NCBI RefSeq assembly: GCF_009914755.1 | Contig: NC_060936.1 | Strand: one strand, 5' to 3' | Source: the human T2T-CHM13v2.0 reference genome, Homo sapiens | DNA: 64,000 nucleotides | Shown: positions 47,249-62,820 of the stretch, piece after piece | Numbering within the stretch: position 1 is the stretch's first letter | Layout of the letters: each line of letters starts with the position of its first letter | Translations under genes and position numbers: made by a program | Notes under the pieces: generated by a model | The model's database searches: none | The model's input: the letters and a program-made list of their open reading frames with translations, nothing else | Told to the model about the DNA's origin: nothing

Positions 47249-47909
47249 TCACATGCCAGTAGTGAGATGTAAAACAAATGAAATTATCATGCATTGCTGA
47301 TGGAAGCTTGGAAAGAGAGAGAGGAAAGAGAGTGGAAAGAACAAAGGGAGGAAGAGAGGGAAGGAGGAAGGGAGTGAAAGAATAGGGGGGAGAAGAGGAA
47401 ATTGGAGAGGATGGGAGGGAGGGAAGGCAAGGGAAAAAAATCCTAGGAGGTGGCTTGGGCCCTCTGGCCCTTCAATCCCTAGGGGCAAAGGGCTCTCGGA
47501 TGTGGGGCAGGGTCGGGAGGAGGAGTGCTACAGGGATGTCTCCCTCACATGGCAGACAGAAAGGGTGAGTGCTCAGGACAGCCCAAGAATGATGTGCAGG
47601 GTGGGCCCAACCTCCCATGACCCCTGCACCTCCCTCCCAGCAGGACACTGCAACTCTCCATCCACTCCTCCCCACTACCAAAAGAACACAAAAATAGGAG
47701 GATGGACTGCTGGTGCTCGGTGGTCCACAAACAGATGGCTCCCTTTCAACTCCAGCCTCAGCCTGGATCCCGCCTGGGTATGAATCCACCTGGCCCAGTA
47801 GGCAAGGCCAGATACAGGAGGGGCACCCAGGCCTGTCTGCGGGCAACACCAGCAGCATCACCACTCCATGGTCAGCTTGGGGCATCCTGCTCTTAGGATC
47901 AAACACTAG

Positions 47910-48466
47910 TGTCAGAGGCGTCCTAATCAGAGTGAGTCTGTCTTTAATAAATGTGGGATATAGCCATGCCTGCAGGGTTACACCCCCAGGGGGTAGGCAC
48001 TCTTGGGCACAAGATGTTTATGGTTGAGGGAACAAGTTAATGATGCTAACTAAATAAAGACGCAGAATTTTATGGCAATCTCTTAATATTTTAAGAACAA
48101 AAAGCATTCTTAGTTTAAGAGTAGGTTTTGATTTAAGGTTAATAGTACATTCGTAAATCCTTGCTGAAATCAGTAGTAACATAGGAAAATAATACTAATA
48201 GCCTGTCAGAAGCTGATCACCAGCCTCTGTAATAAAGCACAAAAGACCTCTCTTCTTAGCTCTGTTAACCTATATAAATAAGAATCGTATTTAAGGTGTG
48301 CGCGTTCCTTCTCTTGCTTTTGGAGGACATCCTACTCTGTAACCGAGTGGTCTCTGATAAACGATTTTAACTTTACTATACTCTGCCACTCACCTGGAAT
48401 TGTTCCTCATCCAACATCCAAGAACCCGCTCTTGGGGTCTGGGACAGGCCTCTTATTCCAGTGACA
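47910..48466 (+). mobile_element. ERV1 solo LTR, MER41-group
   Basis: TGTCAGAGGCGT...CAAGAACCCGCTCTTGGGGTCTGG...GTGACA; 4-bp TSD CTAG/TTAG. Confidence 0.8.
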
Positions 48467-48499
48467 TTAGGAAGGGGTTAAAAAATGAAAAAAAAAAAA

Positions 48500-49973
<1,474 letters not shown>

Positions 49974-50897
49974 CTATTTTGTTAAATGTAAGGTAATAAT
50001 AGCTATTAAGATTCAACTATTTGTAAGAAGGTGAGAGTTAAAAGACAGTCTGGGAGACAAGCACAACAGGCAGGACCTGACATGGAGCAGAGTGCTCATC
50101 AGATTGGGTTTTTCTCAACCTTCAGTGATCACCATAAATTTTCTATGACTTTCTATTCATCCCATCTATATCATTCATCATTTGAATACTTTTGGCTGTT
50201 TAATTAAACACATTGACTCACTTTTCTTTTTTACTTAAATATGTTTTAAAGGAAGCCTCATATCTCAACCAAAAATGGAAAACTAATATATCCATTGCCA
50301 TTAATAAAAGGTAACAATATAATAAAGAAAATTCAACAGTATCATCAAACTGCAGCTAGCTTGTACAGTCAGTTGAAGGCGTCATGCTTGAGGCCCACTT
50401 CTGCCTTTCTCTTTTTCAAACAAGAAGTTTAGAAAGGTTAGAGATTGATTGGTACCCAAAGGAGACTCCCTTGTTGATTTAATTATTAGAAAAATGGGTA
50501 ATTAAAAAGTGATTAACTTCACTATGGATTCAATGTTATATCTGTTATAAAAAATATTAAAAACTTAAAAATAGGCAAAAACAAACCACTAGGTGTGTCT
50601 CTGTGGTTGGCTTTCTATTGACTGAACTATTTTACAACTGTAGAATAGAAGTTCATGTAGAGAATACAGCAGTGTGCATGCTTCTTATCTGAGAGCAACA
50701 CAAAGCTTCCTCTATGGCAATGTAATCAGTGTTGTTCACTGTAGATGCAACTGATGCTCATGTCTAAGGAAAGATGATCCCAAGTATTACTTACACCTTA
50801 TTGTCCTGTAGGATGTTACCCAAGTTTGCATCTATTATCAAATTCATTTCAGCATGCCTTTGTTCTTCACATTGTCCTTTGAACCAGCCTTGACATC

Positions 50898-51237
50898 TGC
50901 TGTGGTCTGAATCTGTCTCCCCAGATTCATGTGTTGGAAATGTAATCCCCAGTGCAACATTGTCAGGAGGTGGGGCCTTTGGAGGTGTTTGGGTCATGGG
51001 AGCTCCACCCACATAAATGGATTAGTGCCTCTGTAATCTGGGGTTTTCAGGATGGGTTCGCTCTCTCTTGCCCTTCCACTTTCCGCCACGTGAGGATGCA
51101 GCAAGAAAGCCCTTGTCAGACGCCAGCATCCTGATCTTGATTTTCAGCCTCCAGAACTGTGAGAAAGAAGTTTCTATTCTTGATAAATTGCTCAGCCTCA
51201 GGTGTTCTGGTCTAACAGCACAAAGTGGACTAAGACA
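50898..51237 (+). mobile_element. MST (MSTC/D-like) solo LTR
   Basis: TG...GGACTAAGACA; perfect 5-bp TSD ACATC. Confidence 0.88.
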
Positions 51238-51320
51238 ACATCTTACAGGTACCCTCGTTTACTGATGAGTTAAATACAACATCTTACAAGTTCCCTCGTT
51301 CACTGATGAGTTAAATACAA
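51235..51320. repeat. 41-bp tandem duplication at the LTR 3' junction
   Basis: ACAACATCTTACA(G/A)GT(A/T)CCCTCGTT(T/C)ACTGATGAGTTAAAT x2. Confidence 0.9.
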
Positions 51321-52019
51321 TCCTTTACATGTGCTTATTTTATATTTATAGAACAGTTGTTTTCCACCTTTTGAAAATTACATTTTAGCATCCAATTGTA
51401 CCGAAAATCACCTCCTATGCTGGTTAGGGTCTCCTACCAACCTCATTCAACTATCTCATTTATAGTTGGTACTAAGGCCCAGAAGGGGTCAGTGCCTTCT
51501 CTGAGTCTGCACAGCAGTGGATGCTAAACCTGAGACTACAAGCCAAGTTCCTGATTCGTTTGTGTTTCTCTTGGCCATCCGCCTCCCCTTAATGGCTACC
51601 CAAACCTACCTCTCTAGAGGTTCCAGTCCCCTCTCACCTTTCTGGATGTAAAATGTATTCCTAATCTCTCGCCTCTACCCTGGCAACCCACACTCCTCCT
51701 TACTGCTTCCCTAATTCCCAGATAATACCCAAATACAGCCTTCCTTCTCTGCCCTCTCCTTGCCTCCCTGAACCAGAACACCTGTCTCTTAAACTTAACC
51801 AGGGTCCCACACTCCTCTCCAAATACTCCCCGCCATGACCTACACACCCGACACATTCTGGCCGCTGCCCTCCTCTCTACCTCGGTCCCACCAATCTCCC
51901 CAGCTCGACACACTCTGCACTCGACCCCTCACTCTGTCCCTTAAACTGCCAAGTTGCTCCTGCTCCACGGCCTCTGCCCTCACAGCTCCCACAGCCAGGG
52001 GTCTTCTCCCCACTCCTCC

Positions 52020-52312
52020 ACCTTCTTCACATGCCGTCCTCCCTTCAGTTGGCCTCTCCCTGGCCACTGTGGTGAACACCCCTACCTCCACCACCTCCTG
52101 GCCACTCTATCCCAATACCGTGCGCCCAATTCTTCACAGTCTTTCTCTTGCTCTCATTTCAGAGCTGTATGGGGTTTCGGCTGGCTGGTTTACTGTCGAT
52201 CTTCTGCACTAGAACCTAAGTTCCGGTGAGCAAGTTCCCTGTTTGGCTTGCTCAGGGCACCTAGAGCCAGGCCTCGCGCAGAGCAGGTGCTGATGAATAT
52301 TTGCTGAATGGC
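52020..52312 (+). mobile_element. L2 3' end
   Basis: GCACCTAGAGC...GCAGGTGCTGATGAATATTTGCTGAATG. Confidence 0.75.
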
Positions 52313-52619
52313 TGCACACTGCCTTAGCTGGTAGCAGCCCCTGGGTCTCTGAAAAGGCTCGCGATGTCAGACAGGGCGACACATGCTGCCTCTGCTGCTG
52401 ACTGTGCTACCTGGGCTCTTTCCTTCAAGTAACATCTATTTCATGCCCAGTACAGCTCTAGGTGCTGAGAAAATGGGACTTGATTACATACAGTGGCTGC
52501 AGTGAGGAAAGAAAGGGGTTCGTGCCATGGAAACCAGCAGGCAAGAGAAGGTATGCTCTCAGCCCAGCATCCTCAGCTGACTTGGGCCACCAGCCTCACA
52601 TCCCCTTTGTTTCATTGAC

Positions 52620-53110
<491 letters not shown>

Positions 53111-53398
53111 CACTTCCAGAACATGGGCCTCCAAGACACAGGAGGTTCAGGACCCAGCGTGAGAGCAAGGACACACAGCCTTCCAGAGGAGACTCCCAGT
53201 GAGGCCACCCCGCACTGGGGGATTTCAAGCCATCTGGGAAAGATCTGGGGAAAGATAAGGTGACTATTCCAGCCACCTCCAGTCATGGAGAGGCAGGCAG
53301 GTGTATGCAGAAAGACAGAGGACAAGGTAAAAGTGTTGGGGGGACTCATGTGGAAATTCAACAATTGTGATATTTTTAACAAGTTCCTATTGTCTTAA

Positions 53399-53677
53399 TT
53401 TTTTTTTTTTTTTTTGAGACAGGGTCTGGCTATGTTACCCAGGCTGGAGTACAGTAGCATGATCTCAGCTCACTGCAGCCTCCATCTCCTGGACTCAAAT
53501 GATCCTCCCACTTCAGCCTCTGAATTAGCTACCATGCTCAGCTAATTTTTTTATTTTTTGTAGAGATGAGGTCTCACTATGTTGCCTAGGCTGGTCTTGA
53601 ACTCCTAGCCTCAAGTGATTCTCCTGCCTTGGCCTCCCAAAGTACTGGGACTGCAGGCACAAGCCCTGCACCTGGCC
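53399..53677 (-). mobile_element. AluJ
   Basis: Antisense dimer. Confidence 0.92.
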
Positions 53678-54663
53678 ACCAGTCCCTACTGTAAAAAGGA
53701 AAAAATACACACACACAAGCACATATATATTACAGCAAAGAAAGGGGGCTGGATTTTCGGATAACTTATCTGTAGCTCCGAGGACAACCCGGTTCCCCAG
53801 GGATTCATTAAGTCCTTCTTACATGGCTGCTGAGTCTTCACCATCAACAAGCCCAGCAACCTCCCCAAAGAAAGGATTCTGCAGCCTGGAGAGGGCCCTC
53901 ATCCACTGATGATTATGTTTCTTGCTCAGAGGAAACTAAGTCTAGCTCCCTGCTAACGCAGCCTTGGGAAGCCAACACTTCACCGAGAACCCTGAATCGG
54001 CCCCTCTCAGAGGCCGGGAAGGCAGTGGGGCTGGCAGGGCTACCGTTCTGAATTCATGTGCACCGACTGCGTCCCCTGAGCTACGCCTGCATTCACCGCA
54101 CTGATTCAAGACAGCCGCATCCATTCACCAGGCTCTGTGTCATCAACATCACCCTGTGACGTGCCAACATCAGGGATCCCCCACTCTGAGCTCAGGAAGA
54201 CCGTCCTAGGATATTTTTTTAAAGCACAGTGAGAGAGAAATAAGAAGGCCAGTGGTAGTGACAGACCTAAGAGTGTTCTGTCCCTCTTAGGCCCCACGAC
54301 GCGCACCGCTGCGTGCTGCCTGGGAGCTCATTCTTAGGTTTTTAGGTCTTTAAAGAGGCTGTGAAGAGGAGGGTATTCCGGATGCTTTGTAAACTGACAG
54401 ACTTTTTAATTAACATAACACCGTGATATTATCACATCCAACAAAACTAACACCAATCCCTTACTATCTTCTAATACCCAGTCCATAATAAATGTATCTG
54501 CTTATCTCAAAAAAAAAAAAAAATTCAGTTGGTTTTGTTCAAATCGGAATCTCAACACGGTTTAGACAACCTTTGGTATTTCTCTTAAGTCTCTCTTCTC
54601 TTTTATTTTTTTTAACAGATGCATTAACCTTAATGAATCAGGAATATATCAAAAGAGCAAGCA

Positions 54664-54971
54664 GGCCGGGTTCAGTGGCTCACGCCTGTGATCCCAGCGC
54701 TTTGGGAAGCCAAGGCAGGTGGATCACTCAAGCCCAGGGGTTCGAGACCAGCCTGGGCAACATAGTAAGATGGCCATCTCTACAAAAAATTACAAATACA
54801 AAAATTAGCCAGGCATGGTAGTGCACGTCTGTGGTCCCAGCTACTCAGGGGTCTGAGGCAAGAGGATCATTTGAGTCTGGGAGGTTGAGGCTGCAGTGAG
54901 CCGTGATCGCACTAGTGCACTGCAGCCTGGGTGAGAGAGAGATCCTGTCTCAAAAAAAAAAAAAAAAAAAA
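54664..54971 (+). mobile_element. AluJ
   Basis: Dimer; AGCAAGCA on both flanks. Confidence 0.92.
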
Positions 54972-55624
54972 GCAAGCAGGATATTAAATGAAGGAGCCAT
55001 TTTAGCCAGGGAAGGGGCCGGAGGACGCAGCACATCCCTTCCGCATTGCAGACTTGCAGTCTGTCTCTTGGAAGCTCACAGAGATCTCCATGCATCCTGC
55101 TTAAGATCAATGGTCAAAGACTATCAATCCCATCTGCAGCCAGGAGATGGGAGATTACATGACTCTGCCAAGGGACCCAGACTTCCTTTAAGGGATTTTC
55201 CCAAATGTCCTCCCTAGCAGTAAGGCCGGATATCACCAAAGGAGGCGAAGAAACGAATGAGAAATACGCAGTGTCCAACAGACTGACCTGTGTGCCCCTG
55301 GGGTGTCCTCATGGTTCGGGTTTTACAGCTTTTACAGGTTTTCTTCAAAAACCCAAATATCAAGGTGAACATGGCACATCCTATTAAAAGGGAACACGTT
55401 AATCACTGTGTGATTTCAGAGAATAAAAAGATCTCCTGTAACCCACACAAACGCCAGGCCCCATGTGAACCAGGCTGTACGCGGCCCACATAGAAAGAAA
55501 TACTAGGATTCACGAACCAAAGGTGATAAAAAGCAATTCCTGTCTTTAGTTGTGCTTCTTGGAAAAGCTTTTAGGGCATCTAATTCATAGTCCATAGCAA
55601 TACTTTCTTTTTAAAAATCTACAT

Positions 55625-55934
<310 letters not shown>

Positions 55935-57489
55935 TTCTACTTTTTATTTTGGAATAATTTTAGATTTACAGGGAAGTTGCAGCAGTAACATCTAACATCT
56001 CCTTCCCTTTCACCCTCGGTTCTTCCGCACTTTGCAATCTGTTCTGCTGCTTTTCTCTCACTAACTCCCTACCCGGCCCACCTATCCCCCAAAACATACT
56101 CTTCCTGGCACCCAGTTTCTGTGAGTTTCAGTCCCTCCTGGGTTTCCTCCTCTTGTTCAGCTTTTTTATTTCACAGCCCACCTGAGCTTCTCTGGCATGT
56201 TTTAGTTTTTTCTCCACTCATTTCACTCTAATTTCCCCACCAAGGAATGTGCTGGAGCCAGCTGGGCCGGCCAGAGCCCTCTCCCCCTTCTCACGGCTCT
56301 CTGCTTATTTTCTCCACTCGGCCCATTCCCCTGACTCCATTCTGCATGAAAAAAGGGAGCCCGGGGGAAGGACCTCATTCTCCTTAGAGGGTGGAGGAAG
56401 CGCGCAGTGTGAAAACCTCCAGTACAGGAGGCACGAGCGATGATGGAGAGCGCTGGAATCGCTGACGTCTTCACGGGTCGCGCCTGCTGCCCTGAGGAGC
56501 CCGGCCCCAAAGGCTCAGGCTGGAGCCAACCAAGCCAGGGAGGTCATCCCAACTGCACCCTGCGGCCTCCCCGGGCCGCGAGGAGGGAGTTCTGCAGGGC
56601 AGGCAGCGCCTGCAGAGGCGGAGAACACCCGCACAGCTGGGGCCCCTCTGCTGAGATGCTGCCCAAAATACCCCGCTCACGACTGCCTTCCAAGCTAACT
56701 GCTGAAGCCGAGAGTTCTGACGGGCAGCAGTGGGCGTGCATGAAGCCTGAGTCACCATTTCAAAGCGCTGTGGCGGAGCAGAGGCATCTGCTCTGGGCAC
56801 TGGCTTCCCAGCTGGAAGGAGGCACCTCCCAGCAAGTCGCCCTTGGGCCAAGAGCCTTGGAGCTCCCTCCCGGTCTCCCGGGTCCCAGGACAGGCGTTTT
56901 CATTTACCCATGGGTCTTTACTACAACTTGCGTTAGGCACTACTTCCTTACAAAACCATCCATGGGTCCAAAGACAGTTCTGTTAGTCTCTCTCTGACAA
57001 TACCCCAAAACACCTCTAACCTCCGTGTGTGCGGATCTGCTGTAATCTTGGCCCTCACTTTGTAATAACAGCAAACATTATGGCCGGGGTCAGAGCCAAA
57101 GTCCATTCTCCCGTTATTTCATTTAACGCTCGCTGAATCAAGCTGCACTGAGGTCCTATTGTTCAAACAGGAAGTAGCAGTGCAGGGGACGATGCGCGCC
57201 GCAGGGCTAGAAAAGGCTGGAGCTGGGGTCAGAACAGGCTTTGCCTCCATGAGAGCGCTGTCCAGCTGCTGGTTTCTGGCCCCAGCCGGCTCTCCTGTTA
57301 CTGTTCTGCTGCACTGTGGCTGGTTTTGCTTACGCTCGCAGTGCTGCTATAAAAACTTAAGTAGCACAGGGTTCACCTTCTGGACTAATGTAAATAGCCA
57401 GAGCCGAAATATTCACGCAAAATGCATTTCGTCACATTTACTGAGTGTCTATGTGTCAAGTAACACCCTAAGCTCTGTACGTGTAGAAT

Positions 57490-57658
57490 ATTTTTTTTCC
57501 TTTTAGATATGGGGTCTCACTATCCTGCCCAGGCTGGAGGGCAATGGCTATTCACACGTATGATCATAGCGCACTGCAGCCTCGAACTCCAAGGCTCAAG
57601 TGATCCACCTCAGCCTCCCCAGCAGCCAGGACTCCAGGCACATGCCTCCACTCCCGGC
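57490..57658 (-). mobile_element. FAM (fossil Alu monomer) inside an antisense MIR (~57430-57830)
   Basis: GGCTATTCACAC-TATGATCATAGCGCACTGCAGCCTCGAACTCC, the 7SL-derived segment retained in FAM. Confidence 0.8.
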
Positions 57659-58626
57659 TTTTATGTACAGTCTTATTAAATACTCGCTGTGGCCCAAAAA
57701 TGTGAGCACTGTTATGAACCCATTTTACGGAGGAGGAAACTCAGGCTTAGGATCATTAAATAAGTTGCCCACAGTCACACAGTCAGCGTGGGAGCCAGGC
57801 TCTCAGCCAGCAGAGCTTTCTTCATGCAGGATTCCACCTCCTCCCTCAACTTCAGACCCAGCTGGATCCTGGGGGGCTGAGGGCCCCTGCCTGGCATCAC
57901 ACTAAGGGTCAACACCAGTGCAGGTGCACCCACACCCTGAACAGCCCATGCCTCTCCCAGGGTACACCTGCTTAGGAAAAGGCCTGACAGAGACTCCATG
58001 CCCCTGGCAGTAACTCCCTGTGTTAGAAAGCAGAACACAGTGACGGGCCACAGGCCAGGTGGGGACACAGACTTGTGTGGTTAGGCACATGTAGGTTTTT
58101 GTTTTTAAAATGAAATGGACATTTTGAAAAGCCAATCAAAATCTCATAATTTCCAGTTTCTCTTGAACGTTTGATGCCCAGCAGCCCTTGGCTCTTATTT
58201 GTACATGGCAACAGCTATAGCCCCAAGGCAGCCTCCTGCCACCCAGAGCCTCCAATCCACAATTGCCAGCATCCCCACTCCCTGATCCCACATGCTGAGG
58301 CACTTGTCATGTACCCTGGGCTGGCACTGCTGCTTCTGCCCAGTAAAGAAAGGTCTCTCTGTGCCCATGCTCTCTGCTTCCGGTGAGGAAATGAAACACA
58401 GAACCTCCTGGCTTCTGGGACGTCCCCTCCCTGGCTGGCCGCTCCTCCCCTCCTAACTTGGGAGCATCAGGGGTCCAGGGCTCACTCCTGCCCCTTGTCT
58501 TCCCCCTGTCACTCACCAGCCAGGTGCTCCTGTCATTCATCCTGCGGCCCTCTCCCCAGAGCCAGTGTTGAGTGTCCAAATGCTTCCCCCATATCCCCTT
58601 GCATATCTGATCACAGCCGAGACCTA

Positions 58627-58942
<316 letters not shown>

Positions 58943-59376
58943 AACTGAACTCCTGAAACTCTTAGCCCTCCCCTAACACTTGCCCCTCCTCTGTCTGCTT
59001 TCCTCCTTGAAGACCATCCTTCCAGCTGCCCAGGCTGGTCTTCCTTGCCTCCTCTCCTTCTCAGACCCCAACACCAAATCCATCTGCAAATCCTCATTTC
59101 TGTTAACATTGTTGAGACATAACTCATATACCATACGATTCAATTGTTCTTAGGATATTCACAGAATTGTGCAACTGTCACCATTAATTTTAGAATCTTT
59201 TCATTACCCCATAAAGATACCCCATACCCTCTAACAGCCCAGCCAAAGGGCTTTTGACTCAAACCTCAAAGTATATTGATAAAGTGTCCAACCTCTTTTG
59301 CCCCAACTTCAGCTGCCACTCTAAGTCCCCGCCACCTCCTGTCTAGATGGCCTCAGGAACCTCATAATCGCTCTTC

Positions 59377-59665
59377 CTTTTTGTTTTTTTGCGGAAGAGG
59401 GGGACAGGGTCTCACTGTGCTGTCCAGGCTGGAATGCAGTGGTGCGATCTCAGCTCACTGCAGCTTTGACCTCCTAGGTTCAGGTAATCCTCCTGCCTCA
59501 GCCTTCTGAGTAGCTGGGACCACAGGCACACACCACCACACCCAGCTATTTTCTAATTTTTCACTATGGTGTCCAGGCTGGTTTTCAACTCCTGGGCTCA
59601 AGCGATCCTCCCGCCTCAGACTCCCAAAGTGCTGGGGTTACAGGTGTGAGCCGAGGCACCTGGCT
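59377..59665 (-). mobile_element. AluJ with internal deletion
   Basis: Antisense dimer. Confidence 0.9.
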
Positions 59666-60366
59666 TGGTCTTCTATCTTTTTCTACCCTTTTGGCACATC
59701 TACCCACAGGAGTCAGCACAACGCCTTTAACACATAAGTGTTATCAATTGTACGTATACAATCTTCTAGTCACTCCCATTTTTGACAGAGTCAAAGTCAA
59801 AGTCCATATGATGGCCCCCTAGACCCAGAGTGATCTGGCCCCCCACCCGCTCACCCAAGCACACACGCCCTGTGGTCTCTCTCCCTCCTGTCCGGTCACT
59901 GCAGCGACACAAGCCTCCTTGCAGTTGCTTGGACACACCAGGCCCATGCCCACCTCAGGACCTTTGCATGTACCTCTTCCTCAGCCAGGAAAGCTCCTTC
60001 CCCAGAAATCCAAGGGGATCGCACGCTTACCTGCCACTGGTCATCATCCAAATATCACCTATCATAAGAGCTTCCCGACTGCCCTACACATGGATGTACA
60101 ATCCCCACACAGCATTCTTCATCCCCTCGGAGACTTATTTTTCTCCAAAATTTTTATCACCACCCAGCACAGATACATTTGACTTAACCATTTTGTTTGT
60201 TTCCTGTCTCCCTCCTCTAGATTACACCTTGTTGGGACAGTGATTTTACCGGGACCATTCACTGCTGGATCTTGGCACATAGAATCTTCCCTGGCATTCA
60301 GTCAGAGTTGTAGAAATATCTGAAAAACCAAAGAGCTGCACGTTTCATGAAAAAAGTAGGAGAGTA

Positions 60367-60654
60367 AGCTGGGCGCAGTGGCTCACACCCAAAATCCCAG
60401 CACTTTGGGAGGCCGAAGCAGGATTGCTTAAGCCCAAGAGTTCAAGACCAGCCTGAGCAACATGGTAAAACCCCATCTCTACAAAAAATACAAAACTTAG
60501 CCAAGTGTGATGCTGGGCAACTGTAAACCCAGCTACTTGGGAGGCTGAGGTCGGAGGATCACTTGAATCCGGGAGGCGGAGGTACAGTGAGCCGAGATTG
60601 CACCACTGCACTCCAGCCTGGGTAACACAGTGAGGCTCTATCTCAAAAAACAAA
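60367..60654 (+). mobile_element. Alu (J/S)
   Basis: Dimer with short tail. Confidence 0.92.
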
Positions 60655-62189
60655 GGGTGCTGGGGGAGCATACGTACTTCTTTGTGGAAGGGCCAGATGT
60701 TGCTGTGTGTTTCCCATGTCTAAGAATCCCACCTAGGATGCACGCCGAAGCAAAACATAGCATCTGTGAGGGATCTGAGCTTGTGATTCCTGCATTAGAA
60801 GCTCAGAAAGAAACAGAAAACTCCAACGTGTGTAGAGCCTGGAGTGAGTCATGGGAGCAAGGGCCTCCTACCTTCTTTCCCCGCCCGGAGCAGCAGGGGC
60901 CCTGCCCCATGCAGAACCACAGAGGCAGGGGCGCCGCCTCACCCCTCCTCCACCAGCGACTCCTGCAGCCTGGGCTCCTGTCTTCTGGCAGGTGCCCACC
61001 GGAGCAGCTCAGGATCGCAGATGTCTCAGAATCTTCCCTCTAGCAAAGTTACTCCTAAAAACCTATCCCAGCCAGGGCAGGGAGGAGACAGGAGATGCCC
61101 GGCTCTGCCCGCCTGAAGTCAAGGTCCTGCTGCCCACTGTGGGCTCCTGGCTCCAGCTGTGTGGGACAGCCCAGCAGTCAGCACATCCAGGCCTGGGCAC
61201 GTCTCTGCGGGGCCCAGAGCCCAGTGGGTCCATGCACTCGAGGTCTTGGGGTGATTCCACTTAGCAGAGACTCAGAACAATCAGCTGCCATCACCTCCCG
61301 TGGAATGGCTGTGATGCCATGATGGGAAGAACCAACCAACCCACCTGTCTCTCATCCACAAACGGAAGCAAACTGCGAGAACCTCCTCCTCCAGCAAGGG
61401 TGGTACAAGCAGCTCTGCAGAGCCACGGAGCGTCCACCGATCCCCAGGACAGGTTGTGGCTCAGGGAGGCGGCACCCACAACAGGCTTCCCAGGCCGCAC
61501 CTCCAGGCCCCGATCTCTGCTCTCACCTCCTGGGCTCACCCTCCCGGGGGAAGGAGGGGCTGGACATGGAGCCTGTGGCTGCTCGGTGTGGGTGGTGACA
61601 CTCTTGGTGACGTCCCTCGGTCGTCAGGACTCATTTCCCCGGTGTTGGATGCAGCTCGAGGACAGCAGAGGGGCCCAGCCCATAAGGATGGGAAGGTCTA
61701 ACTGTAGATGCTGACACCGAATGCCGGAGACGCGGATGCTTCTACCCCAGTGGCACCAAGGCTGCTGTCTGCGGAATCCCGAAGGTGACAGCTTTCTCTA
61801 CCACGGGCCGCCCCAGCCCGCCAGCTTTGGGCTTGCCGTGCATGGGATTACGTGCTAAACTTTGTGGGTGTCACAGGATGCTTCTGACAATATGATAATG
61901 AGAACCGGGGAGCGACTGGTATTTTCAAACTCAGTCATCTTTTTCTACTTACAGAGAATCCCGTTTGGAGAGATGTCATGGGAGTGTAGTTTTTTGTTGT
62001 TTTGGTCTAGGGAAAAGTAGTCAGATAGGCCTTCTGGCTACAGGCAAAGATAAAGCCCGAATTCTATTCAAGAATAAAAATGTTCAGAAAACCAAAGAGT
62101 AAAGCCACACAGTACTAATTCACACTTACGATGTGCCAGGCACGAACCCAAACACATTGCATTATTCCACACGTGATCGTCCAACGGGC

Positions 62190-62607
62190 CTATGAGGTGG
62201 GGGGGTGTCCACCCTGTGGTCCCCTCCAGCTGTGAGGTGGGGGCAGGTGTCAGCTCCATGGTCCCCTCCAGCTGTGAGGCGGGGGGCAGGTGTCGGCTCC
62301 ATGGACCCCTCCAGCTGTGAGGTGGGGGCAGGTGTCGCCCCATGGTCCCCTCCAGCTGTGAGGTGGGGGCAGGTGTCGGCTCCATGGACCCCTCCAGCTG
62401 TGAGGTGGGGGCAGGTGTCGCCCCATGGTCCCCTCCAGCTGTGAGGTGGGGGCAGGTGTCGCCCCATGGTCCCCTCCAGCTGTGAGGTGGGGGCAGGTGT
62501 CGCTCCATGGTCCCCTCCAGCTGTGAGGTGGGGGCAGGTGTCGGCTTCACGGTCCCCTCCAGCTGTGAGGTGGGGGCAGGTGTCGGCTCCATGGTCCCCT
62601 CCAGCTG
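62190..62607. repeat. 41-43-bp GC-rich VNTR, 9 full units plus partials
   Basis: CCCCTCCAGCTGTGAGGTGGGGGCAGGTGTCGGCTCCATGGT units from 62221. Confidence 0.97.
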
Positions 62608-62820
62608 ATGAGCGACCCCCGCTGCCCAGCGACCCTCTGCTGCTGCCCTGGTTCCCCTACCCTGTCACTGACTCAAGGTCTTGGTTTCTATAATTAATCC
62701 CTCTCTCTTGCATATAATTTCTTCCCTTTTCAGTATCTATTATTTCCCATGTAAAATACTAACACCCTCCACTGACCTCACATTCCCTCCAGTTATCCTC
62801 CCTGTATAACGAAGCCCTCG

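Noticed and set aside
51262-51320. Two CTGATGAG copies resembling a hammerhead ribozyme core
   Set aside because: No stem II followed by GAAA; explained by a 41-bp tandem duplication
56400-56900. CpG-rich stretch as a CpG-island promoter, and its 185-aa ORF
   Set aside because: CpG density looks only moderate, no clear promoter or exon structure, peptide unrecognisable
57490-57658. 7SL RNA gene or pseudogene
   Set aside because: Lacks most of the S domain; fits a FAM monomer
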